Shown: positions 57,067 through 64,000 of the stretch, one piece after another
Numbering within the stretch: position 1 is the first letter of the stretch
Layout of the letters: every line of letters starts with the position of its first letter
Source: Eledone cirrhosa
Taxonomy: Eukaryota
Reading direction: 5' to 3'
Assembly: GCA_964016885.1 (NCBI GenBank)
Contig: OZ024753.1
Span: 3,472,001 to 3,536,000 of the forward strand
DNA: 64,000 nucleotides
The notes under the pieces: model-generated
What the model saw: only the letters and a program-made list of their open reading frames with translations
The model's database searches: none
Told to the model about the DNA's origin: nothing
Position numbers and translations under genes: made by a program

Positions 57067-57706
57067 AAACAAAGAAAAAATAGAAAGAAAGTCAAAACAA
57101 TAACGAACGACGGGGTGGTCAGTTTAGGAATGTCTTTTATCAAACAAGACTTACGCTGACTAGAAACAACAGCAAGAAGAAAACAAAAAAATGACTAAGA
57201 AGAAGAATCTCAGAGAAAAGGAAATGATTAGAAGAAAAAGAAATCGAATGCTCCAATTAGTTGTCAAGCATTGCACTTTTGTGTTCTTTTCTATCTTATT
57301 TTTTACCCCTCAAACTATCGTGATATTTAACAGAATGGCGTTTAAGAATCGAATTTGTCTGTTGTATGTGTGTTTGTTTTGTGTGTACGAGTATGTGTGA
57401 GTGTGAGTGTGTGTGTGTATGTGTGTGTATGTCACTGATACAGGATATTTGTTTGATTTCGTGCAGAAATGGCCCACATGTGTTAAAAGTATTAGAAGTG
57501 TGTAGTATCTGTTAAAATTGTGTATTGGCAAACCATATTGCTTCCTCAGAAAATGTTCGTGCGGTTACCGTCACTGAACCGTCGTGATCGGCAAGTCTGA
57601 TATATTTCAAAACCGCTGATGTGAACGAATGACTGACGTCAACCGCAATTATGCAGGAACACACACATACACAAACCCACAGAAACACAGAAACACAGAA
57701 ACACAG

Positions 57707-57766
<60 letters not shown>

Positions 57767-58361
57767 ACAGACACACTCACATACACAAACAAACATACAA
57801 ACGCAAACACACACACATTCGCCACAACTACGCCCTGTCCATATATGTTGTTACTACCAAGATTTTGGTTGTCCTATACCTATTCTAGCAGACAAAACTT
57901 TCTCATTCAACAGGATGCTGTTAATTAAACTGCATCTGCTTTCTAACGTGATATCTTTCGTACACTTTGTATTATTTCTTATTCGTTCGTTTTATTAGTC
58001 TTCTTTGATAAAGCGCTTAAGCAGAAATATTAGACCTTTCTTCCCATTCTATTCAGATTGGTGATTTATTTTTTTCGATTTCTGTTAAAACTCAGGTTTA
58101 AACTGCTTTCAATCCTGCCCTGCAGAGTAATTTCTACCCTCCCAACACATACAAAGATACACACACAAACATACACGAAGAAACACGCACACACACACAT
58201 TGTTTACGAGGTGAATATAACATAATATATATTACAAATATAAGTATGGATGTAAACCTCAAGAAAGTGAGTACATTTCACTGCATTATATACCTTACCT
58301 TGAGTTATTTAATGTATCAATGTATGACTAATTTGTTAGATCCTAGATTAAAATAATGTAT

Positions 58362-58464
<103 letters not shown>

Positions 58465-58486
58465 TAGATAGATAGATAGATAGATT

Positions 58487-59430
58487 TCTTTATTTGCCAC
58501 AAGGGCGCACAAGAAAAGGGCTCAATACAAAGACATATGCCGGGGATTTTACATACAATCGTGTAAAACAAATGTTTAAACAAACAAATTAATTCAACAA
58601 TCGAAATGCCCAATAGTGGGGAGGCGTTACAAATGGGTTGTTTAATACCCCGTAGATAGAACAACCCTCAACTCCAGGACCGTGTTCTGCAAGTGCTCCT
58701 TTCCTCCTTTTGCTCTCACCTTCAACCTAGAGGTTTATATACAGAGAAGACCCAATCACTCGGGCCATTTTTGCTATATTCACCCACCTTTCAATAAATT
58801 TACTGGGATGCAGTGCCTCTCTCTCCACTCTGATTCTCCTTCTAAAGTGATACCTAAAGAAGAGAATGAGTTGCTGTCCGGAGAGAAAGGCATCTTTCCT
58901 CAGTCCTCTCAATCCCGTCCACCATATAATCTCTTTCACCATAGCCACTATACAGAGAAAAACCGCCTCTCTTTCGTTTTTGAAAGAAGTTGGCGGTTTG
59001 ATCCTTACTATGGATTCGGCAGTCAACTGGATGTGTCTCATACGTGACAGCAGTTGTTCTGCGTCGCTCCACAGGTAGGTTACGCCCGAGCAGTGTACAA
59101 TTGCGTGCAAGACGGTTTCAATGTCCTGCTTGCATCTTGGACACGTCCTCTTGGAAGGATCCCTGCCGGGGCGTCCATGCCTGTAGATCTTTCTCGAACT
59201 GGTAGAGCTCCTCGGTAGCACTGCCAGGCCAGGGACTTCTGGAAGTTGTCCATGGGTCCCAGGCGGAAAGTTCTACCGAATAGACTGGTGAGCTCGTCCT
59301 CTTCGACGTCCAGAGTCTCTCCGAGTACGTCGTCGCACTTGTATAGAATGTCGAAGTGGAGTCTCCATTGATTGCTGTGCCCGCTTGAAAGAGGACTGTG
59401 AGCGTCTGAACGCATTCAATGTGCCACGCG
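58487..59430 (-). mobile_element. 5'-truncated L1/Tx1-clade LINE: ORF2 C-terminal zinc knuckle and 3' UTR
   Basis: AWQCYRGALPVRER, a frameshift, then CPRCKQDIETVLHAIVHC...LW (CCHC). The 3' end runs into (TCTA)n/(TC)n. Confidence 0.85.
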
Positions 59431-60992
59431 CCCATAGGTAGACAGATAGTTAGATATATAATAAAATGTTGTAATTTGCTTGAAGCATTGTATATAATAT
59501 ATAACGTGGAAATATATACAAGGCTAAACAATGCGAAATGGACTGAACGATGAGGTAACGAAAAGTAAGTTACCTGGTAATCTTAGTTTTGTTTTTTTGT
59601 TGTTCTTTTTTTTCCTGTCCAATATTTCGGGACCTAAATGTGACATATATATATACTAGACGTCTGGGCAAAAAGGATTCACATTTATAGTTAAGGTTAA
59701 ATAATTTATGATGCAAAGAATCGTACGTTGCATCATATTTCAACAACCTTCTTAAATTCTAGTTGGAGAATGTTATGGCTATATGAATATGTGTATGACG
59801 CGCAATGTAAATGATATTTCTGTGGTTGATCTTTACTCTGTGATCCATGTGTATAAATTACTTCTCATTTCAATTTAGACTCTGGAAAATGTATTATTTC
59901 ATTCATCATTCAAATATAAATAAAAACAATGAGAATAATCTGATACTTATAAGTGCCATTGAGAATGTCGGTTCTTCTCATTGTAATGATAATGTTCCAT
60001 GGAAGTTCGTTCCTAAGTCCTAACTATTTTCAGTGATATAATTAACAGGGGAGACATTCAAGAGTTATTTAATTGCTTACATAATACCGAGTCTAATTTT
60101 GTCTTTATTTGAATTATATTGGATAGGACAAGCAACAGAAAGAACACTTGATTGCTGACAAGTGAATGATATCGCTTAAATTTTGTTGCAGAAGTCTATT
60201 GCAATGGCCTGAACAAGATCATCCTTTAAAACATAATGAAAAGTTCATTTCTAATTCTGACAATGCCACTAAGCGCCTGGCTTAGTGATTAGTTAATTAG
60301 ATTCGCAATCACGTGGTTGCGAGTTCGATTCCTGGAGCAGGTGATACGTTATGTCTTTGAGAAAGACATGTTATTTCACCTTCTCCTTTCTGCCTGGATT
60401 TGCTATCGGTAAATAGTATCCGCAATGGAGAGAGCAATAGAAATATTGTTTTCTTGATCCGATCTGATAAGCTCCACCCCATTCGGTGAGCGAATGGTGT
60501 CCAGAATCTTGCCAACGATCTTTAAATAAATCAAGACGTAAATATATAGCAAAACATGTATACATCCAACGGATGTAATTACATTATTGTATCGAACTGG
60601 TTATTCAACAATCAGAAATTTGCTTACACCGATTTCAAATCCGATCTTAGAAGATGATTGCACTTCCCAACTCTTCCTTGCTCTATATAACAAAGATCAA
60701 TATTAAAAACAAGTCCATTCAATCACATATAACCTTCCGTGATCAATAGTGGCAATGTGCCTAAACGAGAAGCGTTGATTTAAATATATATATACAATCG
60801 TGTATTTTCGGAATAATGAGAGCTTTTGTTTCGTAGTGCATCATTGAATGGTATAAATATAAACGCTGTAATACAGACGTTCAATATATTTAAACATATA
60901 CACACTTATACAAGACACATACACGGAAACACATTCATAGTCGCTCAAACTATTCCATTTTCCGTTGTTGTGCGTGAAACATGCGGTGTTGT

Positions 60993-61032
<40 letters not shown>

Positions 61033-61182
61033 ACAACATATATGTTATAGAATGCCGTTAGCTTCTTGCTAAAACAATCTCTATACGTCTCATTTATATA
61101 TATATATATATATATATATGCAGAAATATATGGGGGAGAAAGCAAGACATTTTATAACAAAATTTATTTCTTACACATTTTG

Positions 61183-61242
<60 letters not shown>

Positions 61243-61348
61243 CAAAATGTGTGAGAAATATATGTATATATAGACGTGTGTTTAAATGAAAGACTCCATT
61301 TGCAGATATATTAGCACTTGCACATACGAACACAAGAACACGCGCACG

Positions 61349-61448
<100 letters not shown>

Positions 61449-61791
61449 CATACATATTTAGATCCATGTAAATATGAAGCGCAGGAAAATGTTTGGGAAT
61501 TTGGGGAAGGCTTACGAACGAGATATTTCTTAGATTGTTTGGTATATCTCAAATTTCAGACAATCATGTCAGACCATTCTATAAGCCTAGAAATCTACTG
61601 TAGCATCTCGCAATTGTCCATCTGACCTCCGTTGACATACGACCAAACCTTGCAACACACATCAACGGAGCTGTTATATATCTCACAAAAGAATAGAATG
61701 TATGTAAGTATGTATGTATGTACAAATGTACATATATATATATATGCATATATACATAAAAATATACATATATATGCATATATATATATAT

Positions 61792-61830
<39 letters not shown>

Positions 61831-61916
61831 TATATATATATATAAACATATATATGTTTATATATAATATATATACGTTTATATATATATATGTTTATAT
61901 ATATGTTTATATATAT

Positions 61917-61957
<41 letters not shown>

Positions 61958-62141
61958 TACGTTTATATATATATATACGTTTATATATATATATACGTTT
62001 ATATATATATATATATATATACGTTTATATATATATATATATATATATATATGTTTATATATATATATCTAAAATAAAATCTACTTTGCTTGAAGCACTC
62101 TATAAAATGTATAATGTCTTTAGGCTTATATCACTTTCCAC

Positions 62142-62180
<39 letters not shown>

Positions 62181-62182
<2 letters not shown>

Positions 62183-62374
62183 GTTATTCCGGGTTGAATC
62201 GGAGGTAACCACAGTAAGTAAGGTACTCAATACATAGCAGAGTATAACAGTTTTAATATAGATGAGATTCTACAGGACTAGAACTGTTTCATTCATTAGA
62301 AATCATCAGATTCCTGATGATTTCTAATGAATGAAACAGTTCTAGTCCTGTAGAATCTCATCTATATTAAAACT
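62181..62374 (-). mobile_element. Family A element with perfect 61-bp fold-back; hammerhead on + at 62308-62358
   Basis: Arms 62249-62309 and 62314-62374. agattc-CTGATGA-tttctaatgaat-GAAAC-agttctagtcct-GTA-gaatct. Confidence 0.85.
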
Positions 62375-62508
62375 ATATATATATATATGATTCATCTGAA
62401 TCATTGAGCGCTTGCCACACACCTCGGAAGTTATTTTTCGTTAATTCCTAAGCCGAAATACGATTCTCGCTAATTTATATTTGTATATATACATATATAT
62501 AAAGTAAT

Positions 62509-62637
62509 CATATGAAACAATCACTTTAATTAGTTACCTACCTAGCTATGTGTGCTTACACACTTTACAAATTATTCACTGTGATTGTTTCATATGTTTA
62601 TTTTATATATATATATGTCAATCTATTTCTAGTTGAT
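62509..62637 (+). mobile_element. Short fold-back tail element, related copy at 2467-2532 (-)
   Basis: catatgaaacaatcac/gtgattgtttcatatg arms and tail gtcaatctatttctagttgat. Confidence 0.6.
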
Positions 62638-62655
62638 ATATATATATATATATAT

Positions 62656-62817
62656 GTATGTAAAAGGTAAACAGAAATAACAACACAATCGGTACAGTAT
62701 ATGGAAGGTATATATAGCAGGAATATATATAGCAGGAATATATATATATATATATATGTATTTTCTTGATATAGCAGGAATATATATATATATATGTATC
62801 TTCTTGATATAGCAGGA

Positions 62818-62849
<32 letters not shown>

Positions 62850-62938
62850 CTTCCTGCTATATCAAGCGTTAACCTAATATATACCTTCCATATACTGTAC
62901 TGATTGTGTTGTTATTTCTGTTTACCTTTTACATACAT
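62656..62938. mobile_element. Inverted pair of the 51667-family tail with scrambled internal pieces
   Basis: 62656-62714 is the reverse complement of ~62878-62938. Repeated tagcaggaata and ttcttgatatagcagg bits lie between them. Confidence 0.75.
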
Positions 62939-62944
62939 ACATAC

Positions 62945-62986
<42 letters not shown>

Positions 62987-64000
62987 TATATATTGTTATG
63001 ATTTTATTATTTTATAAATTTTCACCAATCTAATAGAAAGAAGATATTGTATGATATCTCAGGCAATATCATCTAGGTAAATACGTATGTATGTCGATAT
63101 GTGTTTGCGTTTGTGCAGGTATGACTATAAGTGTGGGCTGCATGTGTACTCGTCCACGTGTTTCTGTTTCTATTCTTGTGTATATGCAGATATTACTGAA
63201 TTTCTGAAATGTTCTAAATAATTTTAGTGTTCCATTAATGTGCTGTATCTGCAACTTCCTAACTAGCTGTGGTTTTCTTGGTTCTGTGACGTCCGGATTC
63301 TGAAGATAGGTACAGAAGCACTTAATAACATATGCAAAAAACCCCAATGATAACAGGTACAAATCTATAGGTATAATCAGATTGGAGTATATATGTGTGG
63401 ATCTATATATGCAAGCATGTACACACACAGGCACACATATACACCGATACACAAACAAACAAACATATACACGCATATATAAATATTCTGAGAAATTCAG
63501 ATACATTTTAACATTGGTATAAGAAGAAACATATATATATGGTTTTACGAGTTTCATATGCAGAGTTTCTAAAGTATCTACTTAGAGTTTTACTTATTTT
63601 TGTATTGTTTCTCCAACATAAAACTACAGGATTTGCTGTCATCCATGTTTCGGGTATCTGATATGTATTATTAAAAACGTATTCAAAAATATTTATATAA
63701 CAGAACACAGCAACATAAGTAAAAAGTTATAAATTTTGTCCACGTAGCATATTTACAGATAAGTTGAATTCATTTCGATGCTCTAGGCGTCTTTGCAGAT
63801 AAGAATATTTCGACCGTTTTGTTTGCCTTTTGTGTCCTGAACATTCTAATGTTAGAATGAATGATTTGTGACATTCCACCCACATGCTTTATATGTTCAG
63901 TTTTTTTTTATAACATTACTGTGATGGACTGATTTAGAAAATCAAATTTGATGTTGTGTGCAAGATCGGATTCTGTTTCTTTTAAACATATAAATATATA

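Noticed and set aside
61560-61665. [14 protein letters not shown], resembling a Tc1 transposase start
   Set aside because: It is too short, and no TIR or downstream DDE region was found.
63069-63800. Minus-strand ORFs near the window end as possible exons
   Set aside because: No recognisable domain, partly low complexity, and donor sites are unconvincing.

Overview
AT-rich eukaryotic (animal) non-coding DNA dominated by (TA)n, (CA)n, (GA)n, (ATGT)n and (CAT)n microsatellites. The dominant SINE and the repeat make-up suggest an octopus genome, recognised from memory and not searched. I found no intact protein-coding gene, and almost all listed ORFs are microsatellite translations. Recognisable items: about nine copies of one tRNA-like SINE, all on the + strand; three copies of a ~600-bp (ATGT)n-tailed retroposon; fragments of Tx1/L1, CRE and RTE non-LTR elements; two mariner pieces; several minisatellites; and a possible decayed amino-acid-transporter pseudogene. 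The main signal is a set of more than a dozen short non-coding elements inserted in (TA)n tracts. Many combine a minimal type I hammerhead ribozyme, a 5' fold-back inversion copied from the element itself, and a shared 3' RCTC...TTGAGY hairpin, which fits Penelope-like retroelement ends. One copy (44864-45054) carries 7 clustered A>G changes confined to the ribozyme stems and core, which looks like an ADAR-edited RNA reverse-transcribed into the genome. There is also a candidate recursive splice site (13922-13930, minus) and a candidate micro-exon (596-618, plus).
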